A DNA stretch of 56,007 nt from Parcubacteria group bacterium GW2011_GWA2_48_9 (GTDB lineage Bacteria; Patescibacteriota; Patescibacteriia; UBA10025), in assembly GCA_001003705.1 (NCBI GenBank), contig LCPQ01000001.1, positions 1 to 56,007 on the forward strand, in the 5' to 3' direction. Below are positions 46,842-56,007 of the stretch, piece after piece. Below the pieces are notes generated by a model, which worked only from the letters and a program-made list of their open reading frames with translations, was not told where the DNA came from and did not search any database. Every line of letters begins with the position of its first letter. Position 1 is the first letter of the stretch. The translations under genes and the position numbers were made by a program.

Positions 46842-47651
46842 ATGGACCTCTCGATTATTATTCTTAATTATAAAACTCGTGGATTGCTTCGCCAATGCCT
46901 CAGGGGTATTGAGCAATACAGTCTTTCCCTCGCCTACGAGGTTATTGTCGTTGACAATGCATCTCGTGATGGCACGCGGGAAATGATGGTGGAAGAGTTT
47001 CCACACACTCTCTTTATTGAAACGCCTGTTAATATTGGGTTTGCTGGTGGTATGAATAGGGGAATACGTAAATCACGAGGTACCTATGTACTTTTACTGA
47101 ATACCGATGTTGCGATCCTCGATAATGCTATCGGCAAAATGTTTGAGTACATGGAAAATCATCCGCGAGTTGGTATTGCTGGTCCGAGACTTATTAATCC
47201 TGATGGCAGTGTACAGCTATCCTGTTATCGGTTTCCTACATTTATGACGGCTCTATGGCGCCGTACACCATTTGGCAAATTACCGGCAGTCAAGAGAAGA
47301 TTACAAAAATACCTCATGCTTGACTTTGATCATACGGTAAGCAGCGCAGTAGATTGGGTTTTAGGAGCCTGTATGATTGTAAGAAGGCAAACTTTCAACA
47401 AAATAGGACTGCTTGATGAACGCTACTTTCTTTACGTCGAAGATACCGATTGGTGCCGTCGATGTTGGCAAGCTAATTGGGAAGTCCACTATATAGCCCA
47501 CGCGGAGATGGTCCATTACCATGAAAGAAAGTCCGCAGAAACCCCAGGACTGACCGGCATATTCAGCTATGCAGCCCGTATTCATATAACCTCATGGATT
47601 AAGTATTTCTATAAATATCGCGGTACGCCTAACCCGAAGCACATCAGCTAG
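46842..47651 (+). CDS. GT2 family glycosyltransferase
   Basis: SIIILNY, VVDNASRD, LLNTD, GACMIVR, YVEDTDWC. Confidence 0.9.
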   Translation: MDLSIIILNYKTRGLLRQCLRGIEQYSLSLAYEVIVVDNASRDGTREMMVEEFPHTLFIETPVNIGFAGGMNRGIRKSRGTYVLLLNTDVAILDNAIGKMFEYMENHPRVGIAGPRLINPDGSVQLSCYRFPTFMTALWRRTPFGKLPAVKRRLQKYLMLDFDHTVSSAVDWVLGACMIVRRQTFNKIGLLDERYFLYVEDTDWCRRCWQANWEVHYIAHAEMVHYHERKSAETPGLTGIFSYAARIHITSWIKYFYKYRGTPNPKHIS

Positions 47652-47656
47652 CTCAT

Positions 47657-49405
47657 ATGCACATGAAATTGATCCCAATCAAAAAGAAGAAATATTCTCG
47701 CAATAGAAAAGTCCTTTTGAGAATTTGTGTATTTTTTTCAATATTTCTTGTTCTGGTAATCGTCTATATCGCTGTGTCGATTAAGCCCGCACGTACCGCA
47801 TATAATTCAGCGTTGGAAGGGAGGCGTCTGTTTGATGATGCCCAACATTCGGTTGAAATAATGGATATGTCAAATGCGGCTGTTAAGCTCGATGCGGCGA
47901 CAAATGAGTTTAAGAATTCTCAGAATCTCTTGAAGCGTTTTCGTGTATTTAACTTTGTGCCTTTTCTTGGTAAGCAGGTATCGGCCGTAGATAATCTTCT
48001 TTCTACCGTAATTTACACTGGCACAGCGCTAGCAGAGGTTGCTAAACTATCCCATGAAATAATAGCTCCTTTTTCTGAAACTGAAAATCTCACCTTCTCT
48101 CATTTGTCACGAGAAGATAAGCGACAAATTTTTTCGCAAATTGAGCAGGCTCAACCGCGACTCCAGGAGGTTAAATTGGATATCACCCGGGCAAAGGAGT
48201 ACTTTGAAAAAATACCGACGCACGGATTACATCGAAAAATCAGGGAAGTGATTGACCCGATCAGCAAACAGTTTCCTTCTTTTGAAGCCTCCGTTACCCA
48301 GGCTATAGAAGTTAGTGAGTTTGTGCCGCGCATTGTGGGATTCCCTGATCCTCAAACCTACTTATTTCTTCTTCAAAATAACACGGAGATGCGCCCGACC
48401 GGCGGTTTTATTGGGACATATGGAATATTAGTCATTACTGACGGGGAGATACAGTCATTTACCACAGATAATGTTTACAACCTCGATAAGACATCTGAGG
48501 GTCAGCTTTTCATAGATCCACCATGGCAACTGACAAGATACAATGACGTTCATCAGTGGTTTCTGAGAGACAGTAACTGGTCGCCTGATTTTCCTACTTC
48601 AGCACGCCAGGCTATTGATTTCTATAGGCTTGAAGGAGGAAAGGAATCCCTCGACGGCGTAATAGCAATCACACCAACTTTAATTGCATCACTCTTGTCT
48701 TTAACTGGACCTATTACTGTCGATGGTATCGAATTCACTGGTGAAAATTTCGTAGAAACACTGCAGTACCAGGTTGAGCAAGGTTACCTCCGACAGGAAA
48801 TTCCTGAGGAGGAACGAAAAGATATAGTCGGTGACCTTTCAAATATCCTTATGGAAAAGCTTTTTGCCCTTCCGAGGGAAAAATGGCAGCTGCTCTGGTC
48901 AACAATAGCCATTAATCTTGCTGAAAAGCATGCCCTTATTTATACCACTGATTCATATATACAGAACCGTATTGTTGATCAAAACTGGTCGGGATCTATA
49001 CCCGTTATTGATTCTGATTTTCTCATGGTCATTGATGCAAATCTTGCGAGCCTTAAATCAGACCCAGTTGTCGAACGCACGATATCCTATGACGTGACGC
49101 TTGTTGATAAAAGTCCTACAGCGACGGTAACCATCCAATACACAAATTGTACGGAAGTAGGGGAAACGGAATCACTGTCGTTGACGTACCAATTGCCGAG
49201 CACTTTTATCAAGGATGAGACATATAAACTGCACATACAGAAGCAGCCTGGGACGACAGCTCATGCATTACATGTTACTATTCAAACCCCTCGGAAGCCT
49301 GATCTTGTACAACCACTTGACAGTGTCACAGCAGTGACGGAAAATGGCGTGACCCTGAGTATGCCGCTTATTCAAGATCGTAATATCAGCGTTATATTTA
49401 AGTAG
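47657..49405 (+). CDS. DUF4012 domain membrane-anchored protein
   Basis: N-terminal TM and helical region; YLFLLQNNTEMRPTGGFIG, RDSNWSPDFPTSA, DGVIAI. Confidence 0.85.
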   Translation: MHMKLIPIKKKKYSRNRKVLLRICVFFSIFLVLVIVYIAVSIKPARTAYNSALEGRRLFDDAQHSVEIMDMSNAAVKLDAATNEFKNSQNLLKRFRVFNFVPFLGKQVSAVDNLLSTVIYTGTALAEVAKLSHEIIAPFSETENLTFSHLSREDKRQIFSQIEQAQPRLQEVKLDITRAKEYFEKIPTHGLHRKIREVIDPISKQFPSFEASVTQAIEVSEFVPRIVGFPDPQTYLFLLQNNTEMRPTGGFIGTYGILVITDGEIQSFTTDNVYNLDKTSEGQLFIDPPWQLTRYNDVHQWFLRDSNWSPDFPTSARQAIDFYRLEGGKESLDGVIAITPTLIASLLSLTGPITVDGIEFTGENFVETLQYQVEQGYLRQEIPEEERKDIVGDLSNILMEKLFALPREKWQLLWSTIAINLAEKHALIYTTDSYIQNRIVDQNWSGSIPVIDSDFLMVIDANLASLKSDPVVERTISYDVTLVDKSPTATVTIQYTNCTEVGETESLSLTYQLPSTFIKDETYKLHIQKQPGTTAHALHVTIQTPRKPDLVQPLDSVTAVTENGVTLSMPLIQDRNISVIFK

Positions 49406-49410
49406 TTTGT

Positions 49411-50424
49411 ATGTCAATATTCAATAAAAAACTGGGTATAGACCTTGGCACCACATACTCACTGGTATTTATACCTGGTCGCGGGATCGTGATAAATGAG
49501 CCCTCCGTGGTGGCGATTTCTTTAATTGACAAAAAAGTAATGGCCGTTGGCAGTGAGGCCAAGGAGATGCTCGGACGTACGCCTGAATCCATCGTGGCAT
49601 CGCGGCCACTAAAAGACGGCGTCATTGCCGATTACCGTACCACTGAAGCGATGCTCAAATACTTCATAAACAAGGCTCTTGGTGGAGTCAGGTTTTTCCA
49701 CCCCGAGGTCATGATCGCAGTCCCTGCCGGAATTACTTCTACCGAGCGTCGCGCAGTTATTGATGCGACGTTACAGGCAGGTGCCAAGGCCGCCTATATC
49801 ATCAAAGAACCGATAGCGGCAGCTATTGGAGCGAATATTCCTATTGGATCCGCATCAGGACACATGATTGTAGATATTGGTGGAGGAACATCCGAAGTTG
49901 CGGTTATCTCGCTAGGTGGAATTGTAGCAAATACATCAGCCCGGGTCGGAGGAAATAAACTGGATATGGCTATTCAAGAGTACGTTAGGAAAAAGTATGG
50001 TCTCGCAATAGGTGACCGTACGGCCGAAGAATTAAAAATAACTATTGGATCAGCTCTGCCATTGGAAACTACCCTCACCATGGACGTTCGTGGTCGCGAC
50101 ATGGTTCAGGGTCTTCCTCGAACCGTGACAGTGACGAGCGACGACGTGACAAACGCCGTACAGGACGAATTGGCTGGTATTATTCAGGCGGTTAAATCTG
50201 TGTTACAGGAAACTCCGCCTGAGCTATCAGCTGACGTTATGGACAAGGGGATGGTCCTTTCGGGAGGGAGCTCATTGCTCAGGAATATCGACAATCTTCT
50301 TACACAAGCTACGGGAGTTCCTGCCTATGTAGCTGATGAGGCATTGCTCTGTGTTGCAAAAGGGACTGGAATCGCACTTGAGAATCTCGATTCATACAAG
50401 CGAAGTATTTTAGCAACAAAGTGA
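49411..50424 (+). CDS. mreB: rod shape-determining protein MreB
   Basis: GIDLGT, EPSVVAI, RPLKDGVIAD, EPIAAAIGA, VDIGGGTSEVA, TPPELSAD. Confidence 0.97.
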   Translation: MSIFNKKLGIDLGTTYSLVFIPGRGIVINEPSVVAISLIDKKVMAVGSEAKEMLGRTPESIVASRPLKDGVIADYRTTEAMLKYFINKALGGVRFFHPEVMIAVPAGITSTERRAVIDATLQAGAKAAYIIKEPIAAAIGANIPIGSASGHMIVDIGGGTSEVAVISLGGIVANTSARVGGNKLDMAIQEYVRKKYGLAIGDRTAEELKITIGSALPLETTLTMDVRGRDMVQGLPRTVTVTSDDVTNAVQDELAGIIQAVKSVLQETPPELSADVMDKGMVLSGGSSLLRNIDNLLTQATGVPAYVADEALLCVAKGTGIALENLDSYKRSILATK

Positions 50425-51653
50425 TGATTCTGGGCATAGATGCCTCACGCGCTAACTTACCACAACGTACCGGCACCGAATGGTACGCATATTTTCTTAT
50501 TAAGAACTTTTTCGAAATAATACCCCGCGATGTCTCGGTACGGTTATACACTAAAAGTAAACTCCAAAATGACTTTGGTATAGTTCCTACAAACGTTAAA
50601 ACGAAAGTGCTTGCATGGCCACCGAAGTTTCTATGGAGTCAGTTACGTCTCTCTGGTGAAATGGCTCTTCACAGGCCAGACATGTTGTTTGTGCCAGCGC
50701 ATACAATCCCATACATCCATCCGAGAAACACCGTAACGACGCTTCATGACGTGGGATTTGAGCGTTTCCCTGAGGCCTACAGTAGCAGCCCTATTACTGG
50801 CCACCCATCAGGGGGCATTGCAATGACCAATGCGTTAATTCGGCTGTTTTCATTTGGAAAATACGCGAACAACGAACTTGATTACCATCGTTTTTCAGCA
50901 CGTTTCGCCATCTCACATGCGCGTCGAATATTGACAGTGTCTGAATTTAGCAAGCGTGAAATAGTCACTTTATTTAAGACAAATCCTGAAAAAATCTCGG
51001 TCATTCGAAATGGATATGATAATACAATTTTCAGTCCTGAAAGGTTTCAAGATGCAGAAATGAAAATCCGACAAAAAATTGGATCGGGGGATGAGTACCT
51101 AATCTCAGTTGGTAGGCTCGAGTTTAAAAAAAATACTGTACGGATGGTAGAAGCATTCGCCATGGCTAAAAAGAGGCTTAACGCCAAAAATCTCAAGTTT
51201 GTGCTGATTGGCGCACAGGGATATGGTTATGATAAGGTACTAGAGGTAATTAAAAAAAATAATTTAAGTGATTCAGTGTTGACTCCTGGTTGGCTTGATA
51301 TGCACTCGTATGTGCATCTTTTAAGAGGTGCCAAAATATTTTTCTTTGCGTCAATTTATGAAGGATTTGGCATACCTTTGCTCGAAGCAATGGCGTGTGG
51401 CGTCCCTATTCTCGCTTCAGAAACTTCATCCATACCAGAAATATGTGGCACAAGCGCACTCTATTGCGATCCTTTTAATGTAGGGGATCTTGCCCAAAAG
51501 CTAGAATTACTCCTATCAGATCAGCAACTTCGGCGCGCACTTATCGAAAAAGGGTATGTCCAGGTACAGCAATTTTCATGGAAGCGATGTGCCCGTGAAA
51601 CCCTAGAGATCCTGCGGCAGGAGTGGGAGTACATGTCAGTAGGTGGGACTTGA
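50424..51653 (+). CDS. GT4 family glycosyltransferase
   Basis: GIDASRAN...RTGTEWY, TLHDV, VGRLEFKKN, YEGFGIPLLEAMACG, FSWKRCA. Confidence 0.9.
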   Translation: MILGIDASRANLPQRTGTEWYAYFLIKNFFEIIPRDVSVRLYTKSKLQNDFGIVPTNVKTKVLAWPPKFLWSQLRLSGEMALHRPDMLFVPAHTIPYIHPRNTVTTLHDVGFERFPEAYSSSPITGHPSGGIAMTNALIRLFSFGKYANNELDYHRFSARFAISHARRILTVSEFSKREIVTLFKTNPEKISVIRNGYDNTIFSPERFQDAEMKIRQKIGSGDEYLISVGRLEFKKNTVRMVEAFAMAKKRLNAKNLKFVLIGAQGYGYDKVLEVIKKNNLSDSVLTPGWLDMHSYVHLLRGAKIFFFASIYEGFGIPLLEAMACGVPILASETSSIPEICGTSALYCDPFNVGDLAQKLELLLSDQQLRRALIEKGYVQVQQFSWKRCARETLEILRQEWEYMSVGGT

Positions 51654-51678
51654 AAAAACAGTGGAACTGTGGTATTGT
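51650..51678 (+). promoter_or_regulatory. probable promoter of holB
   Basis: TTGAAA (which contains the upstream TGA stop), 17 bp, TATTGT with TGn. Confidence 0.45.
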
Positions 51679-51697
51679 CACTGCACTACTTTTGCTT

Positions 51698-52702
51698 ATG
51701 CAAAGTCAAAAAGCTATCGACACTACTGAATTTATCGGACACCGTCGAATCGTTGATACCTTTGTTAAGGCACATCGTGCTGGGAAACTATCACACGCGT
51801 ATCTTTTTGATGGACCTGCACATGTAGGCAAATGGAAGGTCGCTAATGTCCTTGCTTCAACAATGTTATGCCAGCGTGAGTTATACCCTCCCTGCGGGAC
51901 TTGCGATACCTGCCGGTCAATTACATCAGGGGTTCATCCCGATTTCTTGGTTGCACAATCAATTGAAGGATCATTAATCACCATAGAACAGATCCGAGCG
52001 ATCAGATCTAGGCTTGCACTTCGTCCTATGGTTGGTAACCGTACCGTTGTCCTCATAAAGGAAGTGGAGAGACTTACACCGGGTGCAGCGAATGCCTTGC
52101 TCAAAACACTCGAGGAACCACCGGGGCATACCATACTTATTCTTACATCGACGCATTGTGAATCAGTTATCCAGACAATAATTTCCCGATGTACGGTTTT
52201 ACACTTTTACCAAGTTTCAAAAGTGGAGATTGCAAAGTTTCTCACCGAAAAATGCAGTTGCACTCCGCAACACGCAAAAGAAATTGCGCTCTTCAGCGGT
52301 GGTCTCCCTGGCCGTGCTATTGAGTACACTTTAACTCCCTTAGTGCTAGAAACATTTCGAAACGACATCGGACTCCTTGGTGAGTTACGACGCAGTTCGG
52401 TCAATCAGCGGCTGCGGATTGTAAAAGAAACCCTTGGTACGCAAAAAAAGGTAATTGAACAGCGAGATCTTGTTTCAAGGATGCTCTCAGCATGGCAGGA
52501 AGCGCTGCACCTCACAGCTCGCCAGGTATTTCTTAACGATTATCAGCTCCCATCGTCGATCAAACCCGTAATAATGGAAATGGCGACCCATAATTCAAGC
52601 CACGTAGTAAGATTTTCTCAAATATTTTCCAAACTCCAGGGATTTTTGTCCCAGAATGCGCAACCAAATGTAATACTTGAGTATGCTGCACTTTCACTCT
52701 AA
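51698..52702 (+). CDS. holB: DNA polymerase III delta-prime subunit
   Basis: HAYLFDGP..VGK, PCGTCDTC, HPD, ANALLKTLEEPP, TIISRC. Confidence 0.92.
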   Translation: MQSQKAIDTTEFIGHRRIVDTFVKAHRAGKLSHAYLFDGPAHVGKWKVANVLASTMLCQRELYPPCGTCDTCRSITSGVHPDFLVAQSIEGSLITIEQIRAIRSRLALRPMVGNRTVVLIKEVERLTPGAANALLKTLEEPPGHTILILTSTHCESVIQTIISRCTVLHFYQVSKVEIAKFLTEKCSCTPQHAKEIALFSGGLPGRAIEYTLTPLVLETFRNDIGLLGELRRSSVNQRLRIVKETLGTQKKVIEQRDLVSRMLSAWQEALHLTARQVFLNDYQLPSSIKPVIMEMATHNSSHVVRFSQIFSKLQGFLSQNAQPNVILEYAALSL

Positions 52703-53753
52703 TTTATTCGTTAGGTCAATTGTAACGACAGCCGTTGTTCTACTCGTATCGGCATGTACTTTGGGCCAACGAACCCCGGCACCGAATGGCGGTGTTTTTG
52801 TTTCATACAATGCCGGTGAAACATGGGAAGCAAAGACGCTTGTTCAAGTAACAGAAAAGGGAGCTGTGACGATAGGCCCCTATGACATGGGCTCTCTCAT
52901 TTTTCATCCGACTGATCCACAAATCATGTATTTTATAACCACCCAAAACGGTGTATATCGAACAGTAACAGGAGGAGACCAATGGGAATTAACGACACTC
53001 TCAACTGGAGCCATAACGTCACTTGCCCTTGATCCACTGAATCCCGGAATTGTCTACGCGGCCCAGGGTGGAACTATCCTTAAGAGTGTTGACAGTATGG
53101 CTACATGGTCGACGATATATGTCGAAGCGAGACCACTGCAAACGATTATGTCTATCGCAATCGACCCATCCGACCCAAGTAAGATATATGCCGCTACTCA
53201 GCAATTCATAATAAAAAGCCAGGATTTCGGCACAACCTGGAGTTTCTTGGAATGGAAGGGGACACAGGCACGAAAACTATGGATCAGTTCAAAAAACCCC
53301 AACATACTGTACGTATTAGCCTCGAACTACGGATTTTATAAGTCATCTGACGGTGGTAATTCATGGCAAGACCTTTCTTCTGGATTAGCTCTGTTTCAGC
53401 GATCACAATCTATTTCATGGGTTGACTTTAACCCGCAGACTGAACGATTTACGATTGCAACCGGGTATGGAATCCTCACAAGTACCGATGGCGCGACCTC
53501 ATGGCAGCAAATAGATACACTCATTCCCAGTGCAACAATACAGATTCAGGCGGTTGTTATAAATCCAGATAATGACCGTGAAATTATTTTTTCCATTAAT
53601 AATGTCATTCACAAGACGGTTGATGGAGGCAAGACGTGGAAAACACTCGCGACAGTGCCCACAAGCCGCTTCATATCACATATGTATCATTCCCCGCATG
53701 ACAGCTCAATTCTGTATGTAGGAACACGACTATCTTCTCCAACGGCATTATGA
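52683..53753 (+). CDS. BNR/Asp-box beta-propeller lipoprotein (YCF48/sortilin-like)
   Basis: Lipobox-like LLVSAC; seven Asp boxes: SYNAGETW, TVTGGDQW, SVDSMATW, SQDFGTTW, SSDGGNSW, STDGATSW, TVDGGKTW. Confidence 0.85.
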   Translation: MLHFHSNLFVRSIVTTAVVLLVSACTLGQRTPAPNGGVFVSYNAGETWEAKTLVQVTEKGAVTIGPYDMGSLIFHPTDPQIMYFITTQNGVYRTVTGGDQWELTTLSTGAITSLALDPLNPGIVYAAQGGTILKSVDSMATWSTIYVEARPLQTIMSIAIDPSDPSKIYAATQQFIIKSQDFGTTWSFLEWKGTQARKLWISSKNPNILYVLASNYGFYKSSDGGNSWQDLSSGLALFQRSQSISWVDFNPQTERFTIATGYGILTSTDGATSWQQIDTLIPSATIQIQAVVINPDNDREIIFSINNVIHKTVDGGKTWKTLATVPTSRFISHMYHSPHDSSILYVGTRLSSPTAL

Positions 53754-54289
53754 CAAACATATCCGCATTTGATAATGCGATTGAATACCTAAAAAGTGAG
53801 TTGGCAAAAATACGTACTGGACGAGCGACACCCACGCTCGTTGAGGGTCTTGTAATTGATTACTACGGTACTAAGACCCCGCTTGTCCAACTGGCGAGTA
53901 TTTCTGCGCCTGATGTGAAAACTCTCGTAATTCAGCCGTGGGATGCCAATGCTTCAAAAAATATTGAGAAAGCGGTTCGAGACGCGTCACTCGGCCTTCA
54001 ACCTGTTAACGAGGGCCAGCGAATTCGCATTATCATTCCTCAACTCACTGAAGAACGTAGGACTGAGTTTGGTAAACTTGTAAACCAAAAAATAGAGGAG
54101 ACGAAAGTACGCATCAGATCAACAAGGGAAGAAATTTTAAAAAAGCTTCAGAAGGAAAAAAACGATGGGGAAATTCGTGAAGATGATTTTTTCAGAAAAC
54201 AGAAGGAATTACAAAAGAGTGTTGACCAAGCAAACGATTTTGTAATGCAGTGCGGCGAAGCCAAGCATAAAGAAATTTCCACTGTATAG
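53750..54289 (+). CDS. frr: ribosome recycling factor
   Basis: IRTGRA, YYG..TPL, IQPWD, PQLTEERR. Confidence 0.97.
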   Translation: MTNISAFDNAIEYLKSELAKIRTGRATPTLVEGLVIDYYGTKTPLVQLASISAPDVKTLVIQPWDANASKNIEKAVRDASLGLQPVNEGQRIRIIIPQLTEERRTEFGKLVNQKIEETKVRIRSTREEILKKLQKEKNDGEIREDDFFRKQKELQKSVDQANDFVMQCGEAKHKEISTV

Positions 54290-54291
54290 CT

Positions 54292-55395
54292 ATGATTACA
54301 GTCCTCATTTTTATCGCTGTACTGGCTGTAATAGTCCTCGTCCATGAGTTTGGGCATTTTGCAGTTGCACGGAAGCTCGGTGTGGCAGTCGAAGAATTTG
54401 GAGTAGGATTTCCTCCCCGTATTGCAGCTATTAAATCCCAAAAGACAGCGTACTCATTGAATTGGATACCAATAGGCGGATTTGTAAAAATTAAGGGGGA
54501 GCAGGGGGATCATCCTGACGATTCCGATAGTTTTGGCTACCAAAAAATATGGAGGCGCGCACTCATTATCGTCGCTGGCGTACTAATGAATATTGTTCTA
54601 GCATTTATTTTGTTTTCTGCTGCGTATATTATCGGCGCCCCTAGTGCACTTGATTCCAATCCTCAAGGCACTGCGCATGTTTCTGATCGTTCACTGCAAA
54701 TTGTTAGCGTTACAGACCCTTCACCAGCATTTTCGGCAGGTTTCATGATAGGTGACATCATAAAAACCCTTGACGGGACTCCAGTCGATTCTATTCTACG
54801 GTTCCGGCAACTCGTCCAGCCTCACGTATCAAATGAGCTTGCAATTACTGTTAGTCGAAATGATCAAGATATTGAATTGAATGTCGCCCCTGAGGCCGAT
54901 ACTGACGGTCTGGGTATTATCGGAGTCGGACTTGTAGAAGTCGGTACAGTTCGTTATCCGTTCTTCCGCGCTATCTGGGAGGGTGCAAAAACGACTGTGT
55001 CACTGCTTGGTCAAATTGTAACTGCTTTTTACTCACTTCTGAGGGATCTTTTTGCTGCTCGCGATGTTGCGATTGATGTAGCGGGTCCCGTTGGTATCGC
55101 AGTGTTAACTGGCCAAGTCGCACGTCTTGGATTTGTTTACCTACTACAGTTTGCTGCGCTTTTGTCGCTTAATTTAGCAATTATTAATTTAATACCATTC
55201 CCGGCACTTGATGGGGGACGATTATTGTTTCTTGGCATCGAAAAAATACGCAGAAAACCTGTGAGCAAGAAAGTAGAGTCAAGCATCCATACTGTCGGGT
55301 TCGCATTACTCATGGTACTCGTCGTAATTGTGACTATTAAGGATGTATCCCGCTTTTCTGAAAGTATTTCCAGCTTTTTTCAAAACATTTTTTAA
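54292..55395 (+). CDS. rseP: RIP metalloprotease RseP
   Basis: HEFGH, IPIGGFVKI, AGVLMN, a PDZ domain, GPVGI, NLIPFPALDGG. Confidence 0.95.
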   Translation: MITVLIFIAVLAVIVLVHEFGHFAVARKLGVAVEEFGVGFPPRIAAIKSQKTAYSLNWIPIGGFVKIKGEQGDHPDDSDSFGYQKIWRRALIIVAGVLMNIVLAFILFSAAYIIGAPSALDSNPQGTAHVSDRSLQIVSVTDPSPAFSAGFMIGDIIKTLDGTPVDSILRFRQLVQPHVSNELAITVSRNDQDIELNVAPEADTDGLGIIGVGLVEVGTVRYPFFRAIWEGAKTTVSLLGQIVTAFYSLLRDLFAARDVAIDVAGPVGIAVLTGQVARLGFVYLLQFAALLSLNLAIINLIPFPALDGGRLLFLGIEKIRRKPVSKKVESSIHTVGFALLMVLVVIVTIKDVSRFSESISSFFQNIF

Positions 55396-55396
55396 G

Positions 55397-56007
55397 ATGA
55401 AACTTTCAGCACTTTTTACAAAGACAAAACACAATCCTCCACAAGGTGAAGTGTCAATAAATGCTAAATTACTCGAGCAGGCTGGCTATATATCGAAAAT
55501 GATGGCGGGAGTTTATGCGTACATGCCGCTTGGATTGAGGGTTCTGAAAAAGGTATCTGCTATTATCCGCGAAGAGATGGATGCACTTGGAGCTCAGGAA
55601 ATTTATTTGTCCGCACTCCAACCTAAGGCGCTCTGGGAAGTCACCGGTAGATGGAATGAACTTTCGGAAATTATGTACCAGTTCACCGATCGTTCTGATC
55701 AAGAAGTTGGGTTAGCTACCACTCACGAAGAGCCCATCACTGAAATTGCGAAACATTATATTTCCTCATATAAGGACCTTCCTCTCGCGGTCTATCAGAT
55801 TCAGGACAAATTCCGTGACGAACCGAGAGCGAAATCCGGACTGATACGGGGACGGGAATTCTCAATGAAGGACTTGTATAGTTTTCACACTACGGGGAAT
55901 GACCTTGATTCGTTTTACCTTTTAGTAGCCAATGCATACAAAAAAATATTTCAGCGCCTCTGCCTTCCTGTACGCATGATTGAAGCCTCTGGCGGTACGT
56001 TTACAAA
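55397..56007 (+). CDS. proS: proline--tRNA ligase, 5' part (runs off the window; not in the ORF track)
   Basis: Hand translation: MKLSALFTKT...AGVYAYMPLGLRV...IIREEMD..GAQE...THEE...SYKDLPL..YQIQDKFRDEPRAKSGLIRGREFSMKDLYSF. Confidence 0.95.
   Translation, partial: MKLSALFTKTKHNPPQGEVSINAKLLEQAGYISKMMAGVYAYMPLGLRVLKKVSAIIREEMDALGAQEIYLSALQPKALWEVTGRWNELSEIMYQFTDRSDQEVGLATTHEEPITEIAKHYISSYKDLPLAVYQIQDKFRDEPRAKSGLIRGREFSMKDLYSFHTTGNDLDSFYLLVANAYKKIFQRLCLPVRMIEASGGTFT

Noticed and set aside
1-56007. Alternative genetic code (TGA recoded as Gly, as in Gracilibacteria)
   Set aside because: Conserved genes are full length under code 11, and several end in TGA at the expected place (murA, ftsW, murG, mreB).

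Overview
This is a gene-dense, mostly housekeeping 56 kb segment from a Patescibacteria (CPR) genome, most likely Parcubacteria/ABY1-like. That placement is inferred from the gene content, the presence of rplI, TGA used as stop, and the scarcity of Shine-Dalgarno sites. In order it carries: a 5'-damaged murA, a CtpA protease, acylphosphatase, rplI, pyrG and rpmA; a minus-strand type IV pilus operon (pilB-pilC-pilM-pilN-pilO-small ORF) divergent from a peptidoglycan operon (membrane protein-mraY-murD-ftsW-murG-murC-murB-hpf); speA-speB and secA; an FG-GAP/L,D-transpeptidase and secD-secF; a three-gene module (sigma70-region-4/winged-helix protein, membrane protein, VirD4/TrwB-like ATPase) and an orphan ORF; mnmA and a short alaS; infA-rpmJ-rpsM-rpsK-rpsD-rpoA-rplQ-rplM-rpsI; a surface-glycan cluster with DUF4012 and mreB; then holB, a BNR lipoprotein, frr, rseP and a partial proS. 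I saw no rRNA, tRNA, CRISPR array or mobile element. The most notable points are the sigma4/wHTH-membrane-ATPase module with tandem TTGACA boxes in its promoter, a circularly permuted parvulin inserted in SecD, an RpoA lacking the alpha-CTD alongside very uniform near-consensus promoters, and structured leaders upstream of infA and the orphan ORF. All calls come from reading motifs by eye; no searches were run.
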